64,000 nt of DNA from Thermoanaerobaculia bacterium (GTDB taxonomy: Bacteria > Acidobacteriota > Thermoanaerobaculia > Multivoradales > Multivoraceae), in the NCBI GenBank assembly GCA_963666565.1, contig OY762911.1:864001-928000 (forward strand), given 5' to 3'. Made by a program: the position numbers and the translations under genes. Each line of letters begins with the position of its first letter. Positions within the stretch are counted from its first letter, which is position 1. Shown piece after piece: positions 11,317 through 21,638 of the stretch. Below the pieces are notes generated by a model, which did not search any database, was not told where the DNA came from, and worked only from the letters and a program-made list of their open reading frames with translations.

Positions 11317-11527
11317 CCGGCAACGACGCCCAGCCCAGTCGGGTCAGGAGGGGTCGGCGCCCAGGTGCCTCTGAACGAGCGACTGCCGGCGACGTTGCAC
11401 TCACCGACGCCCAACCGAAGCGAGTGAAGCGGAGCAAGCGCAACCCTGCCCTTCTCCTCTCGAGCGCGCGCGTCACCTGGGCGCCGACCCCTCCCGACCC
11501 AAGACGGGCGGGTCCGTCCACCGCCGC
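11317..11527 (-). repeat. Structured repeat family A, copy A2 (inverted copy of 9610-9820)
   Basis: Reverse complement of 9610-9820, one mismatch seen by eye over 211 bp. Confidence 0.92.
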
Positions 11528-11609
11528 ATGGCGCCGGCCCGCGCTCGCGTGTACGCTATTGCGCCCTTGGCGCTCTCCCGCCACGACGTGACCTCCGACC
11601 CACCCGACC

Positions 11610-14153
11610 ATGAAGGTACTCAAGTTCGGCGGCTCCTCCGTGGCCGATGCCAGCCGCCTGCGAGCGGCGGCGCGCATCGTGGAGCGGCGGCTCGATGGCC
11701 GTCCCGGCGACGGCGCGGTGGTGGTGTCCGCCCTCGGCGGCGTCACGGACCGCCTCCTCGCCCTGGCCGCAGCCGCGCGGGAGGGCAACGGAAGCCCTGA
11801 AACGGCGCGCGAGGCCGCCGCGCTTCGCGACCATCACATGAAGATCGCGGCCGAGGTCGCCGCCGCGGCCGATCTGCCCGCCCTCGCCGAGGACCTGGAC
11901 GGCCTCTGCGACGGTCTGGACCGGGAACTCGGCGACTGCGCCGAGGCCGGGGCCACCGCCGAGCAACCGCGCGAATCCTGGCTCGACCGGATCGTCTGCC
12001 ACGGCGAGCTCCTGTCGACCCGGCTCCTCGCCGCCGCGTTGCGCGCCCGGGGCCTGCCGGCGGAAGCCTGCGACGCGCGCCCGCTGGTGCGGACGGACCG
12101 TTCCTTCCAGGCGGCGCTCGTCGCGCTCGAACCGACGTTCGCCGCGCTCGCCGCCCACTTCGGGCGTCTCGGCCCGGACGGACCGCTGCAGGTCGTCACC
12201 GGCTTCCTCGGCAGCACGCCGGAGGGCGAGACGACGACCCTGGGCCGTAGCGGTTCGGACCTGACGGCCTCGCTCGTCGGCGCCGCGCTCGACGCCGAGC
12301 GGATCGAGATCTGGACCGACGTGCCGGGCGTGATGACGGCCGACCCGAAGCGGGTCGAGGACGCGCTGCCGATCCCGCGGCTGAGCTACGAGGAGATGCT
12401 CGAGCTCTCCCACTTCGGCGCCCGGGTCGTCTACCCGCCGACCGTCACGCCCGCCCGACGCAAGGGCATTCCCCTTCTCGTCCGCAGCACGCTCGATCCC
12501 GAGCACCCCGGAACCCTGGTCGACGCGGGCAGGGACCGGGAGCGCGCCCGCGGCACCGCGGTCACCGGCATCTCCTCCATCGACGACGTCCACCTCATGC
12601 TGCTGGTCGGCGACAACCTGGTCGGCACCCCGGGCGTCGCGGCGCGCCTGTTCGACGCGCTGGCGGCGAGCGGCGCCAGCGCCATTCTGATCTCCCAGGC
12701 GTCGAGCGAGCACTCGATCTGCTTCGCGGTCGAGCCCGGCGTTTCCGACGCGGCGCGCCAGGCGGTCGAGGCCGAGTTCCAGTCCGAGATCGAGGCCGGA
12801 TCGGTCCGGCCGCCGATCGTCGAGCGCGACCAGTCGATCGTCGCAGTGGTCGGCGACGGCATGCGGGAGCGCCCGGGCATCGCCGGCCGGGTGTTCGGGA
12901 TCCTCGGCCGGCGCGCGGTCAACGTGCGGGCCGTGGCCCAGGGCTCGTCCGAGCGGAACATCTCGATGGTGGTCGCCAGGGCCGACCAGGGCCGGGCGGT
13001 GCGCTGGATCCACAAGGAGTTCTTCCATCGCGCCGCCTCCGGCCGACTCGCGGTCTACGTGCTGGGCGTCGGCGGCGTCGGATCGGCGCTGCTCCGGCAG
13101 CTCGCCGCCGAGCGGGACGCGCTGGAGCGGCGGGGCATCGATCTGCAGTTGCGCGGGCTGGCGAGCTCGCGCTTCATGGAACTCGCGGTGCGCCGCGGCG
13201 GCCGGCGCCTCGACCTCGGCGCCGCCGCGGACCCGGACGGCTGGCGGACCGCGCTGGAGCAGGGCGGCGAAGCGGCCGACCTCGACCGCCTGCTGGAGCA
13301 CCTCGCCGGAACCGCGGCCGGCGGCGGCCGCACGGTGCTGGTCGACGTCACGGCGAGCGGCGCCATGACAGCCGTCTACCATCGCGCGCTCGCGGCCGGC
13401 GCCGCCGTGGTCAGCGCCAACAAGCTCCCCTTCGCCGGGCCGGTCGCGGACTTCCGCGCGTTCCACGCCGACGGCGAAGCGACCGTGTTCCACGAAGCGA
13501 CCGTGGGCGCCGGCCTGCCGGTCCTCCACACGGTCGACATGCTGCTCGGCGCGGGCGACCCGATCGCGTCCGTCTCGGGCGTGTTCTCCGGCACGCTGGC
13601 CTACCTCACCGGCGAACTCGGCGCCGGCCAGGTGTGGAGCGACTCCGTGCGCCGGGCCCACCGCCTGGGGTACACGGAGCCGGACCCGCGCGACGATCTC
13701 GGCGGCCTCGACGTGGCCCGCAAGCTGCTCATCCTGGCCCGGCTGTGCGGCGCCGACCTCGAGATGGACGACGTCGACGTGACGCCCATGCTCGACCGGC
13801 CCGACCTCGCCGGCCTGCCGCTCGAGGAGTACTGGCGGCGCCTGCCCTCCGCCGACGACGAGATGGCGGCCCGCTTCGCCGAGGCGAGGTCGGCCGGACT
13901 CGAACTTGCCTATCTCGCCGAACTCAAGACGGGCGGCGAGGGGGCGACGGCCCGGGTCGGGCTCCGGGCGGTTCCGCCCGACCATCCCGTCGCCGGAATG
14001 CCGGCCTCGGACAACATGTTCGTCTTCCGCAGCCAGCGCTACGACGCCCGGCCGCTGATCGTCCAGGGCCCCGGCGCCGGGGCCGACCTGACCGCCGGCG
14101 GCGTCTTCGCCGACATCCTCCGCGCCTGGGCGGAGCGAGGAGCTTCACCATGA
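11610..14153 (+). CDS. thrA: Bifunctional aspartokinase/homoserine dehydrogenase
   Basis: [31 protein letters not shown], two ACT domains, [26 protein letters not shown]. Confidence 0.95.
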   Translation: MKVLKFGGSSVADASRLRAAARIVERRLDGRPGDGAVVVSALGGVTDRLLALAAAAREGNGSPETAREAAALRDHHMKIAAEVAAAADLPALAEDLDGLCDGLDRELGDCAEAGATAEQPRESWLDRIVCHGELLSTRLLAAALRARGLPAEACDARPLVRTDRSFQAALVALEPTFAALAAHFGRLGPDGPLQVVTGFLGSTPEGETTTLGRSGSDLTASLVGAALDAERIEIWTDVPGVMTADPKRVEDALPIPRLSYEEMLELSHFGARVVYPPTVTPARRKGIPLLVRSTLDPEHPGTLVDAGRDRERARGTAVTGISSIDDVHLMLLVGDNLVGTPGVAARLFDALAASGASAILISQASSEHSICFAVEPGVSDAARQAVEAEFQSEIEAGSVRPPIVERDQSIVAVVGDGMRERPGIAGRVFGILGRRAVNVRAVAQGSSERNISMVVARADQGRAVRWIHKEFFHRAASGRLAVYVLGVGGVGSALLRQLAAERDALERRGIDLQLRGLASSRFMELAVRRGGRRLDLGAAADPDGWRTALEQGGEAADLDRLLEHLAGTAAGGGRTVLVDVTASGAMTAVYHRALAAGAAVVSANKLPFAGPVADFRAFHADGEATVFHEATVGAGLPVLHTVDMLLGAGDPIASVSGVFSGTLAYLTGELGAGQVWSDSVRRAHRLGYTEPDPRDDLGGLDVARKLLILARLCGADLEMDDVDVTPMLDRPDLAGLPLEEYWRRLPSADDEMAARFAEARSAGLELAYLAELKTGGEGATARVGLRAVPPDHPVAGMPASDNMFVFRSQRYDARPLIVQGPGAGADLTAGGVFADILRAWAERGASP

Positions 14154-15241
14154 CGACTCCGCGCGAACCCCTCCGGGCCGCCGTCCTCGGCGCCACCGGC
14201 ACCGTGGGCCAGCGCTTCGTCACCCTGCTGGCGGAGCACCCGTGGTTCCAATTGACGGCGCTCGCCGCCTCCGAGCGTTCCGCCGGCAAGGCATACCGCG
14301 ACGCGGCAACCTGGATTCAGACCCGGCCGATCGACGACGCGGTCGCCGCCATGACGGTCCAGACGATCGACGAGTTGATGGACGGCGCCAAACTTCCCGG
14401 CGGCGAACTGGACATCGTCTTCTCGGCCCTGGACGCCGGCGTCGCACGGGACGTCGAGCCCGCGTTCGCCCGCCGCTGCCTGGTCGTCACGAACGCCAGC
14501 GCGCACCGGATGGACGCCGGCGTTCCCCTGATCGTGCCCGAAGTCAACCCGGACCACCTCGACCTGCTGCCGCCGCCCGAACGCGGCAAGGCGCTTCCGG
14601 CCGGGATCGTCGCCAACCCGAACTGCTCGACGATCGGCCTGGTGCTGGCGCTCAAGCCGCTGGCCGACGCCTTCGGCTTCGAGCGGATCTCCGTCGTCAC
14701 CCTGCAGGCGGTGTCCGGCGCCGGCCTGCCGGGCATCTCCAGTTACCAGATCCTGGACAACGTGATTCCCTGGATCTCCAGCGAGGAGGAGAAGCTGGAG
14801 ATCGAGACCGGGAAGATCCTCGGCCGCGTCCGCGGCGGAACGATCGAGCCGGCCGAGTTCGCCGTGTCGGCCCAGTGCAACCGCGTTCCCGTCGTCGACG
14901 GGCACACGCTCTGCGTGTCCGTCGACCTCCAGGGCGCACCGGCGCTGGAGGACGTCCGGGAGGCGTGGCGGACCTTCCGCGCCGAGCCGCAGGAGCGCGG
15001 GCTGCCGTCGGCCCCGGCGCTGCCGACCGTCTACCTCGGCGACGACGAACCGCCCCAGGCGCGCGTCCACCGGGACCTGGGCAACGGGATGACCACCTCG
15101 ATCGGCCGGCTGCGGGAATGCCCGATCCTCGGCTACCGGTTCGTCGCCCTCTCGCACAACACCCTGCGGGGCGCGGCCGGCGGAGCGCTGCTCGCCGCGG
15201 AACTTGCCGTCGCCCGCCATCGGCGGCGGGACGGCGCATGA
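14150..15241 (+). CDS. asd: Aspartate-semialdehyde dehydrogenase
   Basis: [41 protein letters not shown]; ATGA overlap with thrA. Confidence 0.95.
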   Translation: MTTPREPLRAAVLGATGTVGQRFVTLLAEHPWFQLTALAASERSAGKAYRDAATWIQTRPIDDAVAAMTVQTIDELMDGAKLPGGELDIVFSALDAGVARDVEPAFARRCLVVTNASAHRMDAGVPLIVPEVNPDHLDLLPPPERGKALPAGIVANPNCSTIGLVLALKPLADAFGFERISVVTLQAVSGAGLPGISSYQILDNVIPWISSEEEKLEIETGKILGRVRGGTIEPAEFAVSAQCNRVPVVDGHTLCVSVDLQGAPALEDVREAWRTFRAEPQERGLPSAPALPTVYLGDDEPPQARVHRDLGNGMTTSIGRLRECPILGYRFVALSHNTLRGAAGGALLAAELAVARHRRRDGA

Positions 15242-16221
15242 CGAAGATGGCGAGGGCGTTCGCCCCGGCGTCCGTCTCGAACATCGCCTGCGGCTTCGAC
15301 ATCCTGGGCTTCGCCCTGCAGTCGGAGAGCGAGGACGGGCCGGGCCCGGGAGACGTCGTCACGGCCAGCGAACGCGGCGGGGGCGGTCCGGTCCGGATCA
15401 CCGCGATAGCCGGCGACGAAGGCCGGCTGCCGCTCGAAGCGGAGCGCAACACGGCCGCCGTCGCCGCCCGGGCCCTGCTGGACGGCGAGGCGCCGGGAGC
15501 GGCCGTCGACCTGGAGATCGAGAAGCGCATGCCGCTGGAGAGCGGCCTCGGTTCCAGCGCCGCCAGCGCGGTGGCGGCGGTGGTCGCCGTCGACGCGCTG
15601 CTCGGCCTGGAGTTGCCACCGGCGGCCCTGCTCCGCTACGCCCTCGCCGGCGAGGTCCTGGCCAGCGGCGGCGCACACGCCGACAACCTGGCGCCGTCGC
15701 TGCTCGGCGGGATCGTGCTGGTGCGCTCGCTCGAACCCGAGCCGGACGTCGTCGAACTGCCGGCGCCGGAGGGGCTGACCTGCGCCCTGGTGCGCCCCCA
15801 TGCCGATGTGAACACGAAGGAGTCGCGGGCAAGCCTCGGGCGCGACCTGCCTCTCGAACGCGCCGTGACCCAGTGGGGCAACGCCGCGGCGCTGGTGGCG
15901 GCGCTCTACCGTTCCGACCTGGAACTCCTGTCCCGCGCCCTGGTCGACGTCGTTGCCGAACCGGTCCGCGCTCCCGGCGTGCCGGGCTTCCACGAGGCGA
16001 AGGCGGCCGCGATCGAGGCCGGCGCGCTGGGATGCAGCCTGTCGGGCAGCGGCCCGGCGCTGTTCGCCCTGTGCGACGGCCCGGCCCGCGCCGGGCGCGC
16101 GGCGGCGGCCATGGCCGGCGCGATCGAGTCTGCGGCCGGCGTCGGCTGCGACCGGCTCGTCTCGCGCCTGCCGGCGCCGGGCGCGCGGCTGATCGACGGC
16201 GGTTCGGAAGGCGGGGCGTAA
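15238..16221 (+). CDS. thrB: Homoserine kinase
   Basis: APASVSNIACGFD, GHMP motif PLESGLGSSAAS, HADN, SGSGP. Confidence 0.95.
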   Translation: MTKMARAFAPASVSNIACGFDILGFALQSESEDGPGPGDVVTASERGGGGPVRITAIAGDEGRLPLEAERNTAAVAARALLDGEAPGAAVDLEIEKRMPLESGLGSSAASAVAAVVAVDALLGLELPPAALLRYALAGEVLASGGAHADNLAPSLLGGIVLVRSLEPEPDVVELPAPEGLTCALVRPHADVNTKESRASLGRDLPLERAVTQWGNAAALVAALYRSDLELLSRALVDVVAEPVRAPGVPGFHEAKAAAIEAGALGCSLSGSGPALFALCDGPARAGRAAAAMAGAIESAAGVGCDRLVSRLPAPGARLIDGGSEGGA

Positions 16222-16265
16222 CGTGCGCCTCGTCAGCGACGCCGGTTCGGAAAGCAAGGCGTAGC

Positions 16266-17603
16266 GTGCGCTTCGTCAGCACCGCCGGCAAGGCCCGGCC
16301 GGTCAGCCTCGCCGAGGCGCTGCTCGAAGGGCCGGCCCCGGACGGGGGACTGTACGTGCCCGAGTGCCTGGCGCCGCTGAGCGCGGACGAACTGGCGCGG
16401 CTGCGGACGTTGCCCCTGGCCGGCCTTTCCGCCGTCCTCGGCCGCCGCCTGTTCGGGCCGGAGGTGCCGGAGGAGCAACTCGCGGCGCTGCTCGAGGATG
16501 CGCTCGACTTCCCGATCCCGCTCGCCCCGATCGAACCCGGCATCCACTGCCTGGAGCTGTTCCACGGGCCGACGCTCGCCTTCAAGGACGTCGCCTCGCG
16601 GGTCATGGCCCGTCTGATGGCGCGGTTCGCGGCCGCCGGCGGCGAGGAGACCACCGTCATCGTCGCGACGAGCGGCGACACCGGCAGCGCCGTGGCCCAC
16701 GCCTTCGCCGGCGTTCCCGGGTTCCGGGTCTGCGTGCTGTACCCGGACGGACTGGTGACCGAGGCGCAGCGGCGCCTGTTCACGACGCTGGGCGGCAACG
16801 TCACCGCCGTGGCCGTCGAAGGCGCGTTCGACGACTGCCAGAGCCTGGCCCGGGCCGCGTTCGCCGACGGCGAGTTGAGGCGCCGGCGGCCGCTCGCCTC
16901 GGCGAACTCGATCAACATCGGCCGGTTGCTGCCGCAGGTCTTCTACTACTTCCACGCCTGGGCGCAGCTCCCGTCGCCGCCGGACGGCGGCCCGGGCGAA
17001 CCGGTCGTGTTCTCCACCCCGAGCGGCAACTTCGGCAACCTGACCGCCGGGCTCATCGCGAAGAAGATCGGCCTGCCGGCGGCCCGCTTCGTCGCCGCGA
17101 CGAACGCGAACGACGTCGTGCCGGCGTACCTCCGGAGCGGCGACTACCTGCCGCGCGGTTCGGTCGCCACGATCTCGAACGCGATGGACGTCGGCAACCC
17201 GAGCAACTTCACCCGCATCCTCCACCTCTACTCCAGCGCCCCAGACGCCAGCGAGGCCGCGCCGCTCGACCGCATCCGCCGGGATCTTTCGGGCCGCGCC
17301 TTCGACGACGACGAGACCCGCCGCGCCATGCGCGACGTCCACGAGCGCACCGGCTACCTCCTCGACCCGCACACCGCCGTCGGCTACCTGGGCCTCAAGG
17401 CGGAACTCGAAGCCCGCGACGGCGGAACGGGCATCGTGCTGGCCACCGCCCACGCCGCCAAGTTCGCCGAAACCGTCCAGGCCGCCGTCGGCATCGACCC
17501 GCCGCCGCCGCCCGCCCTCGAACGCTGCGCCGACCTGCCCGAACGCATCGTCGAGATCCCGGCCGACTACGCGGCCCTCCGCGACGTGCTGCTGGGCGGC
17601 TGA
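16266..17603 (+). CDS. thrC: Threonine synthase
   Basis: DGGLYVP, LELFHGPTLAFKD, ATSGDTG, SANSINIGRL, PSGNFGN, DPHTAVG. Confidence 0.95.
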   Translation: MRFVSTAGKARPVSLAEALLEGPAPDGGLYVPECLAPLSADELARLRTLPLAGLSAVLGRRLFGPEVPEEQLAALLEDALDFPIPLAPIEPGIHCLELFHGPTLAFKDVASRVMARLMARFAAAGGEETTVIVATSGDTGSAVAHAFAGVPGFRVCVLYPDGLVTEAQRRLFTTLGGNVTAVAVEGAFDDCQSLARAAFADGELRRRRPLASANSINIGRLLPQVFYYFHAWAQLPSPPDGGPGEPVVFSTPSGNFGNLTAGLIAKKIGLPAARFVAATNANDVVPAYLRSGDYLPRGSVATISNAMDVGNPSNFTRILHLYSSAPDASEAAPLDRIRRDLSGRAFDDDETRRAMRDVHERTGYLLDPHTAVGYLGLKAELEARDGGTGIVLATAHAAKFAETVQAAVGIDPPPPPALERCADLPERIVEIPADYAALRDVLLGG

Positions 17604-17610
17604 GGCGGGT

Positions 17611-17796
17611 ACCTGTCCGGGTCCGGGCCGACGGGAGGGTCCCAGGGGCACGCTCGCGCTCTCCCGGCAGGAGGGAAGCTGGCGCTCGCTGTTGTCGGCT
17701 GCGCTTCACGTCGGCGACGGACGACGTGGCCACGCGGGCAGGCGCTTGCCTCCGACGCCCTGGAACCCTCCCCTCGGCCCGGACCCGGACTGGACG
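17611..17796 (+). repeat. Structured repeat family A, copy A3 (186 bp)
   Basis: Stem GTCCGGGTCCGGGCCGACGGGAGGGTCCCAGGG / CCCTGGAACCCTCCCCTCGGCCCGGACCCGGAC enclosing ACGCTCGCGCT...GGCGCTCGCT...CGCTTGCCTCC. Confidence 0.88.
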
Positions 17797-17821
17797 ACGT
17801 CGGCCGCTGGTGTGGCCCGGT

Positions 17822-18871
17822 CTACCGCCCGCGCATCGGGGTGTGGATCAACCCGTCCCGCTCCCTGCTCCCCTGGCCAAGGCCCCAGTCGGCCGGCGTC
17901 ACGAGTTGCCCCTCGATCCGGGCATCGTCGGGAACACGCACTCCCGGCGCAACGATCGTCTCCCGAAGTCTCGCTCCGGCGCCGACGCGGGCGCCGGGCA
18001 TCAGCAGGCCCCGCTCGACGACGGCGCCTTCGCCGACGCGGCTGCCGGTTTCGAGCACGCTGCGCTCCACCGTGGCGCTCCGGGCCAGCGAGACGCCGGG
18101 GGCGACGAAGCGGCGGCGGCGCTTGCGGCGGCCGGCGGTGCGGCCCCAGTCGAGGGCGCCTTCGAGGTAGCGGCGAGGGGTTCCCAGGTCGTGCCAGGGG
18201 CGGCGGCAGCGGAAGGCGGCGATCCGGGCGCCGGAGCGGAGGAGCGGCTGGTAGAGGCCCTCGACGATGTCGCTGGACGACGGCCGCGGCGGGATCCGCT
18301 CGACGACCCGGCGGGAGAGAACGTGGAGGCCCTGGAAGGTCCGGTTCCGGCCGCGGGCCGAGCCGACTCGCAGGTCGCGGAGGCCGACGACCAAGCCGCG
18401 CGGATCCACCTCCACGCCGCCGCCCAGGGCCGCGGCCGGCGCTTCGCGGCCGATCTGCAGGGTGACGTCGGCGCCGCTGCGGCGGTGGCGGGCGAGCGCC
18501 TCGCGGATCGGCCAGCGGCAGAGCGAGTCGCCATTGACGAGCACGATGTCGTCGGCGCCGGCGAGGAAGTCGCGCAGATTGACCACGGCGCCCAGGGTGC
18601 CGAGCAGGTCCGGTTCGACCGCGAAGCGGAGGTCGATGCCGCGGGCGGCGGCCTCGCTCCCGAGCCCGCGCCGCACCGCGTCGCCGAGGTGGAAGAGGTT
18701 CACCGCCGTCTCGCAGCCGGCGCGGTGGAGAATCTCGATCGTCCGCATGGCGACGGCTCGGCCGGCCACCGGCAGCAGGGGCTTCGGCAGGGCGCCGGTC
18801 AGCGGCCGCAGCCGTTCGCCCCGGCCCGCGCAGAGCACGAGCGCACGCACGCGCCGGGCGGCGCCTCTCAC
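17822..18871 (-). CDS. NDP-sugar pyrophosphorylase / nucleotidyltransferase family protein
   Basis: LCAGRGERLRPLT..LPKPLLPV, NGD, WHDLGT, C-terminal left-handed beta-helix repeats. Confidence 0.88.
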   Translation of the reverse strand: MRGAARRVRALVLCAGRGERLRPLTGALPKPLLPVAGRAVAMRTIEILHRAGCETAVNLFHLGDAVRRGLGSEAAARGIDLRFAVEPDLLGTLGAVVNLRDFLAGADDIVLVNGDSLCRWPIREALARHRRSGADVTLQIGREAPAAALGGGVEVDPRGLVVGLRDLRVGSARGRNRTFQGLHVLSRRVVERIPPRPSSSDIVEGLYQPLLRSGARIAAFRCRRPWHDLGTPRRYLEGALDWGRTAGRRKRRRRFVAPGVSLARSATVERSVLETGSRVGEGAVVERGLLMPGARVGAGARLRETIVAPGVRVPDDARIEGQLVTPADWGLGQGSRERDGLIHTPMRGR

Positions 18872-19542
18872 TGCTGGGTGACGCCGGGTACGCGGGTCTT
18901 CTGATCCGCCGCCGCCGCCGAAGGCGGCTTCGACGCGCCGGCCGAAGGCCGACCTAGCTCTGGAAACACCATGTCCCGGGGCAACCCCTCGCGCCCCGTC
19001 CGGTAGTCGCGGTAGATCGCAAGGTAGTCGCGCGGATCCGCCCGCTCCGGGTCGATGCCGCAGCGGCGGCAGACGCGCTCGATGCCGCCATCGTCCAGGT
19101 CCGGATCGACCCGCTCGACCTCCACGAAATCGCCGGCCGGGGTCCGGTCGAGGGCGACCTCGCAGCCGAGCAGCAGCCAGCGCTCGCGGACCTTCTCGTA
19201 GCGCGCCGCGACCTCGAAGCCGAGCGACTCCAGCAGCAGCCGAGCCGCCGCCGGGTCGTCGACGGCGAACTCGTGCTCTGTCCGCTCCTTGACGCCGCCG
19301 CGGATCTCCGGCGCCGACTTCCAGGTCAGCCGGCTGCCGCCGCCGTCCGTCCGCAGGCGAAGCAGCTCCCGCCGGGTCCGCAGCCGCTCCGAGACGGGCG
19401 CATCCGTCCGGTCGAAGACCTGGTTCGACTCCATCGCGGCTTCGCGTTCCAGCCGGCCGCCGGCGGCGCGGACGCGCTCGCGAACCCGGTCCAGGTCGGC
19501 GACCGCGACCTTGACCTCGCGCTCGCGCCGGGGAGCGGTCAA
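18868..19542 (-). CDS. CYTH family protein (class IV adenylate cyclase-like)
   Basis: EREVK, LLRLR, LTWK, YEKVRERW, VALD, FVEVE; TTG start overlaps the peptidase stop. Confidence 0.85.
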   Translation of the reverse strand: MTAPRREREVKVAVADLDRVRERVRAAGGRLEREAAMESNQVFDRTDAPVSERLRTRRELLRLRTDGGGSRLTWKSAPEIRGGVKERTEHEFAVDDPAAARLLLESLGFEVAARYEKVRERWLLLGCEVALDRTPAGDFVEVERVDPDLDDGGIERVCRRCGIDPERADPRDYLAIYRDYRTGREGLPRDMVFPELGRPSAGASKPPSAAAADQKTRVPGVTQQ

Positions 19543-20975
19543 GCGTTCGCGGCGCCCGCCGCGCAGCCCCCGAGACGGTCGAGCACGCGGACCACCGTGC
19601 GGATGCCCTGGTAGAAGTTGTCGAGGTCCATCTTCTCGTTCGGGGCGTGCAGGCGGTCGTCCGAGAGGCCGAAGCCGATCAGCAACACGGGCGCGTCCAG
19701 CACCTCGGCGAGGGTCGAGACGATGGGGATGGACCCGCCCTCGCGGACCCGCACCGGCTCGCGGCCCCATGCTTCGCGCACGCCCTCGAGCGCCGCGTCG
19801 ACGAGCGGGCCGTCGAGGTCGACGAGCACCGGCGGCGCTCCGTTCAGATTCACCACCTCGACCTCGATGCCCGGCGGCGCCAGCGAGCGCATGAAGTCCG
19901 CGAAGAGGCGGAACAGCCGCTCCGGGTCCTGGTCCGGCACCAGCCGCATGGACACCTTGGCGCCGGCCCGGTTCGCGATGACCGTCTTGGCGCCGGGACC
20001 CTGGTAGCCGCCCCACAGGCCGTTCACGTCGCAGGTCGGCCGCGCCCACACGCGTTCGAGGGTCGTGTAGCCGGCCTCGCCCCACAGCGCGGACGCGCCG
20101 ATCTCCTCGCCGTACTTCGCCTCGTCGAACGGCAGCGCCGCGAACGCCTCCCGTTCCGCCGCGCCCAGGGGACGCACGTCGTCGTAGAAGCCCGGCACGA
20201 GGATCCGGCCGTTCTCCGGGTCGCGGAGCGCCGCCAGCATGGTGCCCAAGACGTTCAAGGGGTTCGCCACGGCGCCGCCGAACGTGCCGGAATGCAGGTC
20301 GCGCCCCGCGCCGCGCACCCGGACCTCGGTGTAGAGCAGGCCCTTCAGGCCGTAGAGCACGGACGGCTGGCCCGGCCCGTACATCGAGGTGTCGGAGACG
20401 AGCGCCAGGTCGCAGCCCAGGCGTTCGGCCGCCGGGCTGCGGACGTAGGCCTCGATCGCCTCGCCGCCGCACTCCTCCTCGCCCTCGATCAGGAACTTCA
20501 CGTTGACCGGCAGGCTGCCGGTCTCGGCCATGATCGCCTCGACCGCCTTGATGTGGGTGAAGGACTGGCCCTTGTCGTCGGTGGCGCCGCGGGCGACGAT
20601 CCGCTCGCCGCGCGCGCCGGTCTCGATCGCCGGCTCGAACGGGTCGTTGCGCCACTCCTCCAGCGGATCGACCGGCTGCACGTCGTAGTGGCCGTAGAAC
20701 AGGACGGTCGGACGGCCCGGAGCGCCGAGCCACTCGCCGTAGACGAGCGGATGCCCCGCGGTCTCGACGATCTCCGCCTCAAGCCCCGCGGCCTCCAGCC
20801 GCTCCCTGACGAAGCCGGCGCAGCGGCGCACCTCGTCCGCGTAGGCCGGATCGGTCGAGACGGACGGGATCCTCAGGTACTCCTTCAACTGCTCCAGGCT
20901 GGCGCCGGTCTCCCGATCCACGCGCTCAAGGACTGCGTCGACGCTCGTCCCGGCGCCGCCCCGGCGGTCAGTCAT
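19539..20975 (-). CDS. M20 family dipeptidase
   Basis: [42 protein letters not shown]. Confidence 0.92.
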   Translation of the reverse strand: MTDRRGGAGTSVDAVLERVDRETGASLEQLKEYLRIPSVSTDPAYADEVRRCAGFVRERLEAAGLEAEIVETAGHPLVYGEWLGAPGRPTVLFYGHYDVQPVDPLEEWRNDPFEPAIETGARGERIVARGATDDKGQSFTHIKAVEAIMAETGSLPVNVKFLIEGEEECGGEAIEAYVRSPAAERLGCDLALVSDTSMYGPGQPSVLYGLKGLLYTEVRVRGAGRDLHSGTFGGAVANPLNVLGTMLAALRDPENGRILVPGFYDDVRPLGAAEREAFAALPFDEAKYGEEIGASALWGEAGYTTLERVWARPTCDVNGLWGGYQGPGAKTVIANRAGAKVSMRLVPDQDPERLFRLFADFMRSLAPPGIEVEVVNLNGAPPVLVDLDGPLVDAALEGVREAWGREPVRVREGGSIPIVSTLAEVLDAPVLLIGFGLSDDRLHAPNEKMDLDNFYQGIRTVVRVLDRLGGCAAGAANA

Positions 20976-21624
20976 CGAAGCTGCGCCCGGTCTTCTCCCA
21001 GTCGGCAAGGAACTGGTTCAGACCGATGTCGGTCAACGGGTGCCGGTAGAGCTGGCCGAGGGTCTTGAACGGCAACGTGATGACGTCGGCGCCCATCTCC
21101 GCCGACAGCACGACGTGGACCGGATGGCGGGCCGAAGCGACCAGCACTTCGGTCTCGAAGTCGTAACGGGAGTAGATCCGGATCACCTGCCGGATCAGGT
21201 CCATGCCGTCCTGGGCGATGTCGTCTAGGCGGCCGACGAAGGGCGAGATGTAGGCGGCGCCCGCCTTCCCGGCCAGCAGCGCCTGGGCCGGCGAGAAGCA
21301 GAGGGTCACGTTGCACCGGATCCCCTCCTCGGCCAGCCGCCGCACCGCCGTCAGCCCGGGCGGGCCGAGCGGCACCTTGACGACGACGTTGTCGGCCAGG
21401 CCGGCGAGCCGCCGGCCTTGCTCGAGCATCCCGTCGAGATCCGTCGCCAGCACCTCGCCGCTGACCGGTCCCGGCACGAGTTCGGCGATCTCCTTGACGG
21501 TCGGCAGGTAGGGCTTGCCCTGCTTCGCGATGAGGCTCGGGTTCGTGGTGACGCCGTCGACCATGCCCCATTCCAGGCCGGTCTCGATCTCCCCCACGTC
21601 GGCGGTGTCGAGAAAGAACTTCAT
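20968..21624 (-). CDS. tal: Transaldolase / fructose-6-phosphate aldolase (short type)
   Basis: [45 protein letters not shown]. Confidence 0.92.
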   Translation of the reverse strand: MKFFLDTADVGEIETGLEWGMVDGVTTNPSLIAKQGKPYLPTVKEIAELVPGPVSGEVLATDLDGMLEQGRRLAGLADNVVVKVPLGPPGLTAVRRLAEEGIRCNVTLCFSPAQALLAGKAGAAYISPFVGRLDDIAQDGMDLIRQVIRIYSRYDFETEVLVASARHPVHVVLSAEMGADVITLPFKTLGQLYRHPLTDIGLNQFLADWEKTGRSFDD

Positions 21625-21638
21625 CGTGGCGCTCCCCG

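Noticed and set aside
11528-11609. Thr/Ile attenuator leader or T-box ahead of thrA
   Set aside because: No Thr/Ile-rich peptide, no terminator U-tract and no T-box motif.
18868-20733. 621-aa ORF read as a fusion protein
   Set aside because: Only the last ~224 codons (CYTH) are protein-like; the rest is an off-frame read-through of the M20 peptidase gene. The same applies to the over-extended track ORFs for asd, thrB, thrC, DegT, pyrD and ybaB.
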